From an uncultured virus (IMG/VR IMGVR_UViG_3300020049_004016) (Duplodnaviria > Heunggongvirae > Uroviricota > Caudoviricetes), in IMG/VR virus record IMGVR_UViG_3300020049_004016: 64,000 nt of DNA. The stretch is one strand, 5' to 3'. The position numbers and the translations under genes were made by a program. The notes below the pieces were generated by a model that was given only the letters and a program-made list of their open reading frames with translations, was not told where the DNA came from and made no database searches. Positions 1-9,726 of this stretch are shown in pieces. Every line of letters starts with the position of its first letter. Within the stretch, counting starts at the first letter, position 1.

Positions 1-1
1 G

Positions 2-466
2 CCCTATTGTTAAAGCTTTATAATCATCCGCTTGTGTCAGATCATTAGCTGACAAGTTAACTGTAAAACCGTTATCATTCGCATGCTTAACAGCCTGGAC
101 ATTGTGAGCTGATAACATAGGATAATGAGTGTATGTAAAACCATGCTTGTTAGCATTGGCCTTTACCAGATCTTTTAAAGCTTGCGCATCGATAGTGTCA
201 TTAGTGCCTACAAGGTCACCTGATACGTTATGACGCCACAAAATCCTTTTTGGCAGTGCTTTTATAGATTGTATAAAACCGTTCCAGTCCGTGCCACGTT
301 CGCCACTTGTAACTTTATTCCAGGGCATAGACGTGTAGTAGCTATCTGCATAACAGCCATTAGATTTAAGCGGGCAAGCGTCCGGACACGTTCCACGATT
401 ACTAACGCTTGTGGGTATCGGGCCGGTTTTGGAATTGCTGGAAACTGCAGTTAGTGAATAATTCAT
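2..466 (-). CDS. Cys-rich phage protein (gp88/DUF7227-like), runs off the window edge; not in the ORF track
   Basis: Manual translation from ATG at 466: MNYSLTAVSSNSKTGPIPTSVSNRGTCPDACPLKSNGCYADSYY...LWRHNVSGDL...GFTYTHY...GFTVNLSAN, open to position 2. Confidence 0.75.
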   Translation of the reverse strand, partial: MNYSLTAVSSNSKTGPIPTSVSNRGTCPDACPLKSNGCYADSYYTSMPWNKVTSGERGTDWNGFIQSIKALPKRILWRHNVSGDLVGTNDTIDAQALKDLVKANANKHGFTYTHYPMLSAHNVQAVKHANDNGFTVNLSANDLTQADDYKALTIG

Positions 467-545
467 TTTAATAAACCTTGCTAGAGTGGCTAGCGGTAAA
501 GGCTGTCAATCGGACATCGATTAACTTGATGTCTATTATACATGA

Positions 546-564
546 TGTTAAGCATAACACAACA
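546..564. promoter_or_regulatory. Copy of 19-bp operator-like motif, upstream of the leftward gene
   Basis: TGTTAAG-CATAA-CACAACA, matching four other intergenic copies. Confidence 0.55.
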
Positions 565-599
565 GTTTATTTTGATACCTGACCATTTAATTTTGCCAG

Positions 600-1137
600 T
601 GTATTAAATGATACGCGCGCGTGTTGTTGTCATCTCTTCCTCAGCTATTAATAGAACGTTATGTTATAACATCCAGGTATCATTTAGAATATCTCCTTAT
701 ATATCAATGAGTTATATAAGCTTGTGGCTGTACGATAATAAGTAAAGTAATACTAATGTATGGTTTAGTCTGTTATCGTTGAGTAGTGAGCATATATAAG
801 TCGTTGATTTGTATAATGTTTTTAGGTTTCTAGGTTTTTTGCGTTATGTATTAAGGTATATAGCGACCCCCCTACACCCCGAAATCTCAGGAACGCGGGC
901 GCTCTTATTACATACTATTTTACTCGTTAAGCGTAGGGTTTTTCAAACAGAGCGTAACAACATGTAACAATCTAATTATGAGTAACAATATGTAACAAAA
1001 TCATCCCAAACCAAAATCGCTAGGCCTATCACCAATACCCCCCGTCACTAAAATAAACGCCCCTTCAAAAAAATTTTTTGCAAAAAATTACAAAGGGTGC
1101 TATAACTGTTGCACTATCTACAGCCCTGTAGCGAGAC
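600..1137. promoter_or_regulatory. Divergent non-coding control / possible packaging region with IHF-consensus sites
   Basis: WATCAAnnnnTTR matches at 702-714 (+) and 797-809 (-); four GTAACAA at 954-998; lies directly upstream of the terminase genes. Confidence 0.45.
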
Positions 1138-1623
1138 ATGAGAAAAATAATAGATATAACCCCTAACAAAATCCTTGACTTTGAAAAAGACACTGATGAT
1201 TTTATCTTCATGTCTGAAGACGGGTCACAACTTCCTATTAGAAAACCCCCTCAGAAACGTCTCGAAGCCCTGCTAAACGAGTACGACTACGAATTGCCTA
1301 ACAGCGCAAACAAAATGCGTCAGTACGTCTTAAACAAATTGTTCGAGGCTGCTGAAGAAGGCGAACCCGGTTTATCTTTAAAAGCACTAGAGATACTAGG
1401 CCGTGTTACCGAGATCGGATTATTCACTACACGCATCGAAGTTTCTGTTGCCGACAAGCCGACGGCTGATCTAGAGAATGACCTCAGCGTCCTTTTAAAG
1501 AACTACGCTAAAAAAGATACCGACCCCGTCCAAGAGATCACTGACGAAGAGTTACGCGGTTATTCTGAAGAGATAAGCGAAGGTGTGTTCTCAGAAGAGT
1601 ATGTTGAGGAAGACGAGGAGTGA
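1138..1623 (+). CDS. Probable terminase small subunit
   Basis: Immediately upstream of and overlapping terL; LKALEILGR...GLFTTRIEV motif typical of TerS C-terminal regions. Confidence 0.65.
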   Translation: MRKIIDITPNKILDFEKDTDDFIFMSEDGSQLPIRKPPQKRLEALLNEYDYELPNSANKMRQYVLNKLFEAAEEGEPGLSLKALEILGRVTEIGLFTTRIEVSVADKPTADLENDLSVLLKNYAKKDTDPVQEITDEELRGYSEEISEGVFSEEYVEEDEE

Positions 1624-4118
1624 GTATTCCACTAGGCGATCTGACAATCGATGAGGATCTGCTCAAACAAGCACTCTCAACTGCACCGTTGAGCGAACGT
1701 GCAAGACTGATCGCACTCATCGAAGAACTCAAACGCAGACAGAACCGCGAGTTCGCGCAACAGAACTTCTTAGCGTTCGTGCAACAAGTGTGGCCTTCCT
1801 TCATCTATGGTCGGCATCACGCTCGCATGGCTCAAGAGTTCGAAAAGGTAGTGTCTGGAGAGAACAAGCGACTCATTATCAATCTTGGGCCGAGGCATAC
1901 AAAATCTGAGCTTGCGTCTTATCTCTTACCTGCATGGTATTTGGGTAAGAATCCAAGTGAAAAAATAATACAATGTTCGCACACTGCTGAACTTGCGGTT
2001 GGTTTTGGTCGTAAGGTTCGTAACTTAGTTGGGTCCGCAGCATACCAAGAAATATTCCCTGGCGTTGAGCTTCAAGCTGACTCTAAAGCCGCTGGAAGAT
2101 GGAATACAAGTGCCGGAGGAAGTTACTATGCGATAGGCGTATCAGGCGCGGTTACAGGGATCGGGGGTTCGCTAATCATTATTGATGATCCACATGCCCT
2201 CAAATTAGACACTGAGATAGCCACCACTGAAGGTTTTAAAACTATTGGTACTGTTGCCGTTGGTGACTATGTTTTTGCACCTGACGGTACTCCAACAAAG
2301 GTTGTTGCAAAATCAGAAGTGCGGCACGATAGGGAAATATACAAAGTTACCACTGACGACAATGTAGAAATATTTTGTGATGGTGGGCATCTTTGGAACT
2401 ATCGATCGGATACAAAACTAACTGCTCCGCATAGAAACGCAACTACAAGAGATTTGTCTGAATGGAATAAAAAAAGTGCACCGTGTTTGCCAAGACACAG
2501 TGCAGTTCAATATCATGAAAAAGATTATTTAATACCACCGTATGTTTTAGGTGCATGGCTCGGTGATGGGACAAGTTCACTAGGAAGAATTACTTCTCAC
2601 CCTGATGATGCGCCATATACTAGAGAACAGTTTGAACGTGAAGGATATGAAACGACCACACTTACAGATCCTTATAGTTTTGGTGTATTAAAATTACGAG
2701 CACAACTTATAGAAAAAAATCTATTAAATAACAAACATATTCCTGAAGAATATTTAATAGGATCTATTGAACAAAGAATGGATCTACTACAAGGTTTGAT
2801 GGACACAGACGGTAATGTGACCGCACAAGGTCAATGTTGTTTTCAAAACACTAATAAAAGAATAATTGATGGCGCTATTCAAATCATACACAGCCTTGGT
2901 GTAAAAGCTAAAGTTCATTCGTATTTCGACACTAGAGAAAGACACGCATCAAGAAAATTAGATTATAGAATAACTTTCAAACTACAAGACGCGGCTAGAA
3001 TGCCTAGAAAAGCGTGTAGGACTTTTACCCCAACAGACAAAAGATGCAGAAGTATCAAGGTTGAAAGAACAACTGAACGTGCTTCTGTACAATGTATAAC
3101 AGTTGATAGAGAAGATGGGTTGTTTCTTATTGGTAGAGAGTATGTTGTTACACATAACTCAGAACAAGAGGCTGCCATAGCCGCATCTAACCCAGAAGTT
3201 TACGATAAGGTCTACGAGTGGTATACATCAGGACCTCGTCAGCGTCTTCAACCCCAAGGAGCGATAATTATCGTTCAGACTCGCTGGTCGAAACGAGATT
3301 TAACTGGACAAGTGAGACAAAAAGAGTTAGATGGGGGTGGTGATAAGTGGCGGTTAGTCGAACTGCCCGCGATATTGCCTAGCGGCAAACCTCTGTGGCC
3401 TGAGTTCTGGTCTATAGAAGAATTAGAAGCCACTAGAAATGCGATCGATGTCTCTAAATGGCAAGCGCAGTACCAACAGAACCCAACATCTGAAGAAGGG
3501 GCGATCGTAAAGCGAGATTGGTGGCAACGATGGGAACAAGATACACCTCCACCTACCAGTTTTATCCTACAAGCGTGGGATACCGCGTTTGAAAAACACA
3601 ATCGAGCGGATTATAGTGCGTGTACGACGTGGGGGATCTTCAATCTTCCCGATGAGAAAGGAATTGATCGAGCAAATATAATTTTGTTGGACGCTAAACG
3701 TGATCGACTAGAGTTTCCGCAGTTAAAAGAAAAAGTATTGGGCGAGTATCGTTATTGGGAACCCGATTCGCTAATTATTGAAAAGAAAGCATCAGGCGCA
3801 CCATTGATTTACGAACTTCGTCACATGGGAATCGTCGTATCCGACTTTACACCGACCCGTGGTAACGATAAGATCTCCCGATTGAATGCGATATCTGACA
3901 TCTTTTCTTCCGGTCGAGTTTGGGCTCCAAATACACGCTGGGCAGATGAGGTTATTGACGAAGTTGCCGCCTTCCCCGCAGGTCAACACGATGATTATGT
4001 CGATTGTGTCAGCATGTCCCTCGCCTTATTTAGGAAAGGTGGTTATATTAGCACCAAATTGGACCGAGAAGATGAAGAATACGAGTACCGACGTAAAACA
4101 AGTAACTCTTATTATTAA
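1620..4118 (+). CDS. terL: Terminase large subunit containing an intein
   Basis: RLIINLGPRHTKS Walker A-like, LIIIDDP Walker B, IVQTRW motif III, RNase H-like nuclease AWDTA...HDDYVD. Confidence 0.95.
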   Translation: MSIPLGDLTIDEDLLKQALSTAPLSERARLIALIEELKRRQNREFAQQNFLAFVQQVWPSFIYGRHHARMAQEFEKVVSGENKRLIINLGPRHTKSELASYLLPAWYLGKNPSEKIIQCSHTAELAVGFGRKVRNLVGSAAYQEIFPGVELQADSKAAGRWNTSAGGSYYAIGVSGAVTGIGGSLIIIDDPHALKLDTEIATTEGFKTIGTVAVGDYVFAPDGTPTKVVAKSEVRHDREIYKVTTDDNVEIFCDGGHLWNYRSDTKLTAPHRNATTRDLSEWNKKSAPCLPRHSAVQYHEKDYLIPPYVLGAWLGDGTSSLGRITSHPDDAPYTREQFEREGYETTTLTDPYSFGVLKLRAQLIEKNLLNNKHIPEEYLIGSIEQRMDLLQGLMDTDGNVTAQGQCCFQNTNKRIIDGAIQIIHSLGVKAKVHSYFDTRERHASRKLDYRITFKLQDAARMPRKACRTFTPTDKRCRSIKVERTTERASVQCITVDREDGLFLIGREYVVTHNSEQEAAIAASNPEVYDKVYEWYTSGPRQRLQPQGAIIIVQTRWSKRDLTGQVRQKELDGGGDKWRLVELPAILPSGKPLWPEFWSIEELEATRNAIDVSKWQAQYQQNPTSEEGAIVKRDWWQRWEQDTPPPTSFILQAWDTAFEKHNRADYSACTTWGIFNLPDEKGIDRANIILLDAKRDRLEFPQLKEKVLGEYRYWEPDSLIIEKKASGAPLIYELRHMGIVVSDFTPTRGNDKISRLNAISDIFSSGRVWAPNTRWADEVIDEVAAFPAGQHDDYVDCVSMSLALFRKGGYISTKLDREDEEYEYRRKTSNSYY
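2196..3158 (+). mobile_element. Class 3-type intein (321 aa) with LAGLIDADG homing endonuclease
   Basis: DDPH/ALKLDT...YVVTHN/SEQE junctions; block B GHLW, block F VQCITV, block G THN; LGAWLGDG and LQGLMDTDG motifs. Confidence 0.92.
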
Positions 4119-4129
4119 AGGTAACGATT

Positions 4130-4474
4130 ATGGCTGAAGATCCCTTCGATTTTATTAAAATAATGACACTGTTGTTTTTAGCGTCTCTCGTAGCAATGAG
4201 TATGCCAGATGTGGAAGCGTCCACCTGTAGAAACCCCGCTGTTAAACGACAATTTGATAGAGCACAAGGATACCCACATGGTCGTAAAGGTTATATTGTT
4301 GATCATAAATGTAGCTTATTTTGTGGGGGTCGAGATTCCACTTCTAATATGCAGTATCAAACAACAGTTGAATCTAAAAAGAAAGATTTGTGGGAGAATA
4401 CTCCACTAGGATGCAAGAAAACCTGCACTCCACAAAACTCTACCCCTACCCGACAAGTATTTAACTGTAAATAA
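4130..4474 (+). CDS. Small HNH-signature protein with hydrophobic N-terminus
   Basis: GYIVDHKCSLFCGGRDSTSNMQYQT HNH-like core; LLFLASLVAMSMPDVEA signal-like segment. Confidence 0.65.
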   Translation: MAEDPFDFIKIMTLLFLASLVAMSMPDVEASTCRNPAVKRQFDRAQGYPHGRKGYIVDHKCSLFCGGRDSTSNMQYQTTVESKKKDLWENTPLGCKKTCTPQNSTPTRQVFNCK

Positions 4475-4483
4475 GGAACAAGA

Positions 4484-7021
4484 ATGATTGAAAAAAGTAT
4501 GAACCCTGCTCCACAGGGGATTAGTCAAGTTGATCCTAATGCGGAACCGTTAGAGATTGAGATTGTTGATCCTAAAGAGGTAACGCTACGACATGGTGAC
4601 GAAGAGATCACTATAAAACCTTTGTTTGATGAGGAAGAATTTACTTCAAATTTAGCAGAAGATGTGCCTGACAATGTATTAGCATCTTTAGCGTCTGAAC
4701 TTATTGCTGATTTTGAAAGTGATATTAGTTCGCGTCGTGATTGGATCAGCACGTACACAGATGGGTTAGAGCTCTTGGGCTTACGCTTAACGGAACGATC
4801 CGAACCGTGGGAGGGAGCATGCTCTATTCAACATCCGTTATTAACAGAAGCGATTGTTAAGTTTCAAGCAGAGACAATCACTGCGACGTTCCCTGCAAGC
4901 GGCCCTGTTAAAACACAGATTATCGGTAAGGAAACCGAAGATAAAAAAGAAGCCGCAATGCGTGTACAGACTGATATGAACTATCAGCTGACCGATGTGA
5001 TGACTGAGTATCGCCCAGAGCATGAGCGTATGTTATGGGGCTTAGGATTGGCAGGTAACGCCTTTAAAAAGGTTTATTATGATCCTTACTTAGGTCGTCA
5101 GGTATCGATGTACGTCCCTGCTGAAGATATGATTGTACCCTACGGTGCTTCTGATCTTGAAACAGCGGAACGTGTAACGCATGTGATGCGCAAAACTGAA
5201 AACGAAGTTAAACGATTACAGTATGAAGGGTTCTACCGAGATGTAGAACTAGGCGATCCATCTAACACAATGGATGAGGTGGAGAAGAAGATCGCTGAAC
5301 AGTTAGGGTTTAGAGCGACTACGGACGATCGTTACAAGTTACTTGAGATGCACGTTGATTTAGATCTTGAAGGTTACGAGCACGAAGATCCTGAAACGGG
5401 TGAACCAACAGGTATAGCACTTCCGTATATCGTCACCATGGAGAAAGGCACAAGCACTATCCTATCTATCCGTAGAAACTGGGATCCTAAAGATGAAGCA
5501 TCTAAAAAACGTAATCACTTCGTACATTATGGCTATGTTCCAGGTTTTGGCTTTTATTGTCTTGGGCTTGTTCATCTTATTGGTGCTTTTGCCAAGTCTT
5601 CTACTTCAATCCTTCGTCAGTTGGTTGATGCAGGTACCCTCAGCAATCTACCGGGCGGTTTCAAAACCAGAGGACTCCGTGTAAAGGGTGACGATACACC
5701 GATATCCCCAGGTGAATGGCGAGATGTAGACGTACCATCCGGTACGATGCGCGACAACTTCATGCCGCTACCTTATAAAGAGCCTAGCCAAACACTGTTG
5801 GTGTTGCTACAAGCGATTGTAGAAGAAGGTAAAGCCTTTGCCGGAGCAGCGGATCTTGCTGTGTCTGATATGTCTGCAAACTCACCTGTCGGAACCACCC
5901 TTGCGGTACTAGAACGTACACTGAAAGTAATGAGCGCGGTACAAGCGCGTATTCACTACTCGATGAAACAAGAGTTTATTTTATTACGCGATATTATTAG
6001 GGATTACTGTCCAGATGAATACGATTACGATCCAACCGAAGGTAGTAGACACGCTAAGAAAACTGATTATGATTTGGTGTACGTACTTCCTGTATCAGAT
6101 CCCAACGCGTCAACAATGGCACAGAGAGTTGTACAGTATCAAGCGGCCTTACAATTAGCGCAACAAGCGCCCCAGTTATACAACATGCCTGTATTGCACA
6201 GGCAGATGCTCGAAGTGCTAGGTATTCCTAATTACCAAAAACTGGTACCAATGGACGATGATATGAAACCGCGTGATCCGATCACCGAGAATCAGAACAT
6301 CCTAAAGAACAAACCGGTCAAAGCGTTCCTTTATCAGGATCATCAAGCGCATATCGCGGTTCACATGGCGGCTATGCAAGATCCTAAAGTACAGATGGTG
6401 TTGCAACAAGCGTTTGGACAAAACCCACAAGCATTACAGGCACTGCAAGCGTCTATGTCTGCGCACATCTCAGAACACTTAGGTTACGAGTATCGCAAGC
6501 AACTTGAACAAGCGATGGGTGCCAACTTACCGTCTTACGGTGAGGATGATACGGATAACCAAGTGACCATCCCTGAAGCGATGGAAGTGCAGATCTCTCA
6601 ACTCGCGGCTCAAGCTTCACAGCAATTATTGCAACAGAACCAACAGCAACAGCAAGATCAAGCGAACCAACAGAAGCAACAAGATCCTCTGATCCAAATG
6701 CAACAAGGTGAGCTACAGATCAAGCAAGGCGACTTGCAACGCAAGATGGCTAAAGATCAAGCGGACATTCAACTTGAGATGGCCAAACTTGAACTTGAGC
6801 GCGAGAAGTTGGGAGCTACACAAGAGCTTGCTGGCGCAAACATCGGTCTGAAGATGAAGACTGACCAAGCCCGTATTGATGCGGATAAGGAGAAACTAGC
6901 CACCAAGATGGGTGTTGATGTCGCTATGAAAACGCAAGATCGCCAGCATCAAAAGGAGCAAGCGTTTAACCAACGATCGCAACAAGCTGAAAAGAAAGAG
7001 CCTAAAGAACCTAAAGAATGA
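4484..7021 (+). CDS. Portal protein (P22-like, long Gln-rich helical C-terminus)
   Basis: 845 aa after terminase; EPWEGAC...HPLLTEA, FKKVYYD and GFGFYCLGL motifs; Q-rich barrel-like tail. Confidence 0.9.
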   Translation: MIEKSMNPAPQGISQVDPNAEPLEIEIVDPKEVTLRHGDEEITIKPLFDEEEFTSNLAEDVPDNVLASLASELIADFESDISSRRDWISTYTDGLELLGLRLTERSEPWEGACSIQHPLLTEAIVKFQAETITATFPASGPVKTQIIGKETEDKKEAAMRVQTDMNYQLTDVMTEYRPEHERMLWGLGLAGNAFKKVYYDPYLGRQVSMYVPAEDMIVPYGASDLETAERVTHVMRKTENEVKRLQYEGFYRDVELGDPSNTMDEVEKKIAEQLGFRATTDDRYKLLEMHVDLDLEGYEHEDPETGEPTGIALPYIVTMEKGTSTILSIRRNWDPKDEASKKRNHFVHYGYVPGFGFYCLGLVHLIGAFAKSSTSILRQLVDAGTLSNLPGGFKTRGLRVKGDDTPISPGEWRDVDVPSGTMRDNFMPLPYKEPSQTLLVLLQAIVEEGKAFAGAADLAVSDMSANSPVGTTLAVLERTLKVMSAVQARIHYSMKQEFILLRDIIRDYCPDEYDYDPTEGSRHAKKTDYDLVYVLPVSDPNASTMAQRVVQYQAALQLAQQAPQLYNMPVLHRQMLEVLGIPNYQKLVPMDDDMKPRDPITENQNILKNKPVKAFLYQDHQAHIAVHMAAMQDPKVQMVLQQAFGQNPQALQALQASMSAHISEHLGYEYRKQLEQAMGANLPSYGEDDTDNQVTIPEAMEVQISQLAAQASQQLLQQNQQQQQDQANQQKQQDPLIQMQQGELQIKQGDLQRKMAKDQADIQLEMAKLELEREKLGATQELAGANIGLKMKTDQARIDADKEKLATKMGVDVAMKTQDRQHQKEQAFNQRSQQAEKKEPKEPKE

Positions 7022-7149
7022 TAACGACTTTGGTTGCAGAGGTAGTATTGCTACCTCTTAAAGCGATAGGTTTAACCTTTGTGTTCCTGTACTTGTTCTA
7101 TTGTATGGGTGTCAGGATTTGTAAGGATGTGAAACGATGGACAAAATAG
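7018..7149 (+). CDS. Small membrane protein (not in track)
   Basis: ATGA overlap with portal stop; MITTLVAEVVLLPLKAIGLTFVFLYLFYCMGVRICKDVKRWTK. Confidence 0.45.
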   Translation: MITTLVAEVVLLPLKAIGLTFVFLYLFYCMGVRICKDVKRWTK

Positions 7150-7328
7150 CAGAAATATTAATAAAGCAGATCGATGAGAAGATTGTGCTTTTACAGAACT
7201 CTATATGTGATGGTCGAGCAAAAGACTACGCGGAGTACAGGTATGGTGTCGGTGAAGTAAGAGGTTTACTAACCGCACGCCAATACATAACGATTTTAAA
7301 CAACAAAATGGAATCATACGATGAGTAA
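7137..7328 (+). CDS. Hypothetical protein between portal and GroES
   Basis: AKDYAEYRYGVGEVRGL motif; coupled to the next gene. Confidence 0.7.
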   Translation: MDKIAEILIKQIDEKIVLLQNSICDGRAKDYAEYRYGVGEVRGLLTARQYITILNNKMESYDE

Positions 7329-7737
7329 AATATTGTTAGCAACTAATCCTAAAAATCCGCAAATTGTGGGTTCTGTGGATATGGAAGCTTCAAACGAAGA
7401 AAAGGCCACACAGCTTCCTATTCCTTCTGGTTATCGAATACTATGTGCTTTGCCTCAATTGGAGAAAGAGTATGAGAGCGGGTTACTCAAAGCCAACGAA
7501 ACACTACACCATGAAAATCTTCTGGCTACTGTGCTGTTTGTTGTGGCTATGGGCGCTGATTGTTATGGAGACAAGACTCGTTTCCCCAGCGGCCCTTGGT
7601 GCAAAGTTGGAGACTTTATTGTGGTTAGACCTAACGCGGGCACACGACTAAAGATTCATGGTAAGGAATTCCGGGTAATAAATGACGATTCTGTAGAAGG
7701 TATCGTTTTGGATCCTAGAGGTGTATCAAGACTATGA
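7321..7737 (+). CDS. groES: Co-chaperonin GroES-like protein
   Basis: PSGYRIL...SGLL...VVAMG...CKVGDFIV...GKEFRVINDDSVEGIV Cpn10 pattern. Confidence 0.85.
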   Translation: MSKILLATNPKNPQIVGSVDMEASNEEKATQLPIPSGYRILCALPQLEKEYESGLLKANETLHHENLLATVLFVVAMGADCYGDKTRFPSGPWCKVGDFIVVRPNAGTRLKIHGKEFRVINDDSVEGIVLDPRGVSRL

Positions 7738-8315
7738 AGACGTGCACAAGATGCAAAATATCAAAAGATAAAGTATTTTTTAGTAAACAAACAGTGGCTA
7801 AAGATGGGTTACAACCGCACTGTAAAGAGTGTAAAAAACTATATCAGCAAACATGTGTTACTAGGAATGAAACTTCTAAAAGATACAGAGATGCCAATAA
7901 AGAATTGTGCATGGCTAGAACTTTAAAATGTGTAAAAAACAATAGGGAGAAATATAACAAGCTTGCATCTGATTGGGCTTTTAAAAACAAAGAAAGAGTT
8001 CTTCAAAATAGGAGGAATTGGTATAGGTTAAATAGTTCTAAACCTATAGAGGCACAAAGAAGACGAGTTAAAAGAATGCAAGGATTAAAATTATCACCGG
8101 CATTTCAAGCAGAAGTCGACGGAATGTATTTATATTGCAATATTATGAACATGTTTGCCAAAAATTTTTCAGAAAGATTGGAAGTAGATCACATAATACC
8201 TTTGAATGGAAAGTTGGTATCAGGATTACATGTTCTTAATAATTTACAAATACTAACTGCTTCTGAAAATAGAAGCAAAGGTAACAGAATCAATTTAAAT
8301 GAGGTAACAAGCTAA
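7734..8315 (+). CDS. Free-standing HNH homing endonuclease
   Basis: CTRC...CKEC zinc knuckle; EVDHIIPLNGKLVSGLHVLNNLQILTASENRSKGN; AT-rich relative to flanks. Confidence 0.9.
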   Translation: MKTCTRCKISKDKVFFSKQTVAKDGLQPHCKECKKLYQQTCVTRNETSKRYRDANKELCMARTLKCVKNNREKYNKLASDWAFKNKERVLQNRRNWYRLNSSKPIEAQRRRVKRMQGLKLSPAFQAEVDGMYLYCNIMNMFAKNFSERLEVDHIIPLNGKLVSGLHVLNNLQILTASENRSKGNRINLNEVTS

Positions 8316-9259
8316 TGGCTTATATAGATGAAGAATACACATTCCCAGACGAAGCACCTGAAGTTGAATCAACCGATGAAGGGTATGAGATTGAGATAGA
8401 AGACGACACACCACCTGCGGACAAAGGTAAAACCCCTTTACCGAAAGCGATTGTTGAAGAGTTAGAAGAAGCGGATGACTCTGACGAGTACACCGGTAAG
8501 GTGCAAACCAAGTTCAAGCAGTATAAGAAAGCGTGGCATGACGAAAGACGTGCTAAGGAAGAAGCGTTCAGAGAACAGGAAGAAGCGCTTAATATCGCGC
8601 AACGAACCTTAGATGAAAACAAACGCTTAAAAGCTTTGTTAGAGTCTGGCGAAAAGGAACTGATCAGTACATATCAGTCTTCCGCTGAGATGGAAGTTGA
8701 ACAAGCAAAACGAAATTATAAAGAAGCTTATGATTTTGGCAATACGGACGCGATTATCGAAGCGCAAGCTGAGTTAATGAAGGCAACAAATAAACTTGAC
8801 AAAGCTAAGAATTTCAGGCCTACTGTTCAGAACGTCGACGATAACGTACAAGTTCTACCAAAAAAGCAGCCTCAAGCTGCACAGATGGACCCGAAGGTAG
8901 CGGAATGGGTAGCAGAAAATCCGTGGTATGTAGACCCAACTAAAAAATCTATGTCAAGATTCGCTGTAGGCATACACGAAGACTTACTAGAAACGTATGG
9001 GGAGAAGTTCGTTGGTACTGACGAATACTTTAAACGCATCAACCAAGAAGTTTCTCGCAGATTCCCAGAAGAATTTGAAACCTCAAACGATGAGCCAAAA
9101 ACTCAACGTACATCTAAATTAAACACGGTCGTGGCCTCTGCGAAACGTAGCACATCTGCAAAAAAGATTACGCTTACGACTACGCAAGTCGCCCTAGCAA
9201 AGAAGTTCGGTTTAACACCAGAACAATACGCCCGTGAACTAACAAAATTGGAGGCCTAA
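8315..9259 (+). CDS. Probable capsid scaffolding protein
   Basis: Acidic coiled-coil protein upstream of the capsid genes; C-terminal AKKFGLTPEQYA motif. Confidence 0.7.
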   Translation: MAYIDEEYTFPDEAPEVESTDEGYEIEIEDDTPPADKGKTPLPKAIVEELEEADDSDEYTGKVQTKFKQYKKAWHDERRAKEEAFREQEEALNIAQRTLDENKRLKALLESGEKELISTYQSSAEMEVEQAKRNYKEAYDFGNTDAIIEAQAELMKATNKLDKAKNFRPTVQNVDDNVQVLPKKQPQAAQMDPKVAEWVAENPWYVDPTKKSMSRFAVGIHEDLLETYGEKFVGTDEYFKRINQEVSRRFPEEFETSNDEPKTQRTSKLNTVVASAKRSTSAKKITLTTTQVALAKKFGLTPEQYARELTKLEA

Positions 9260-9261
9260 TC

Positions 9262-9702
9262 ATGGTACAAACACCTAGAGAATTAAGTACCCGTAGCACA
9301 ACTGAACGTCCTAAACAGTGGGCACCAGCAGAGCTTTTACCAGAACCTGATAAACAGCCTGGCTACGCATATAGATGGATTCGTACTTCTACACTAAATG
9401 AGTCTGACCCACGAAATCTTTCATCAAAACTGAGAGAAGGCTGGGAGCCAGTTGGTGTTGATGAACAACCTAAGTTTAAACTGTTAGTCGATCCTAATAG
9501 TCGCTTTAGCGATAACATTGAGATTGGCGGGTTATTACTTTGCAAAACCCCTGTGGAGTTTATTGAACAGCGTACCGCGCATTTTCAAAAACAAGCTCAA
9601 TCACAAACGGAAGCAGTAGATAATAATTTAATGCGCGAAAGTGATCCTAGAATGCCTATCTTTAATGATAGGAAAAGTTCTACTTCCTTTGGCAGAGGTT
9701 AA
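9262..9702 (+). CDS. Conserved head-module protein
   Basis: GYAYRWIR...LREGWEPV...GGLLLCK; position between scaffold and capsid genes. Confidence 0.7.
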   Translation: MVQTPRELSTRSTTERPKQWAPAELLPEPDKQPGYAYRWIRTSTLNESDPRNLSSKLREGWEPVGVDEQPKFKLLVDPNSRFSDNIEIGGLLLCKTPVEFIEQRTAHFQKQAQSQTEAVDNNLMRESDPRMPIFNDRKSSTSFGRG

Positions 9703-9726
9703 TAAATTAATTTTTTGGAGGTTTAA

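Noticed and set aside
230..454. + strand 74-aa ORF from the track
   Set aside because: It is antisense to the better supported - strand gene at 2-466
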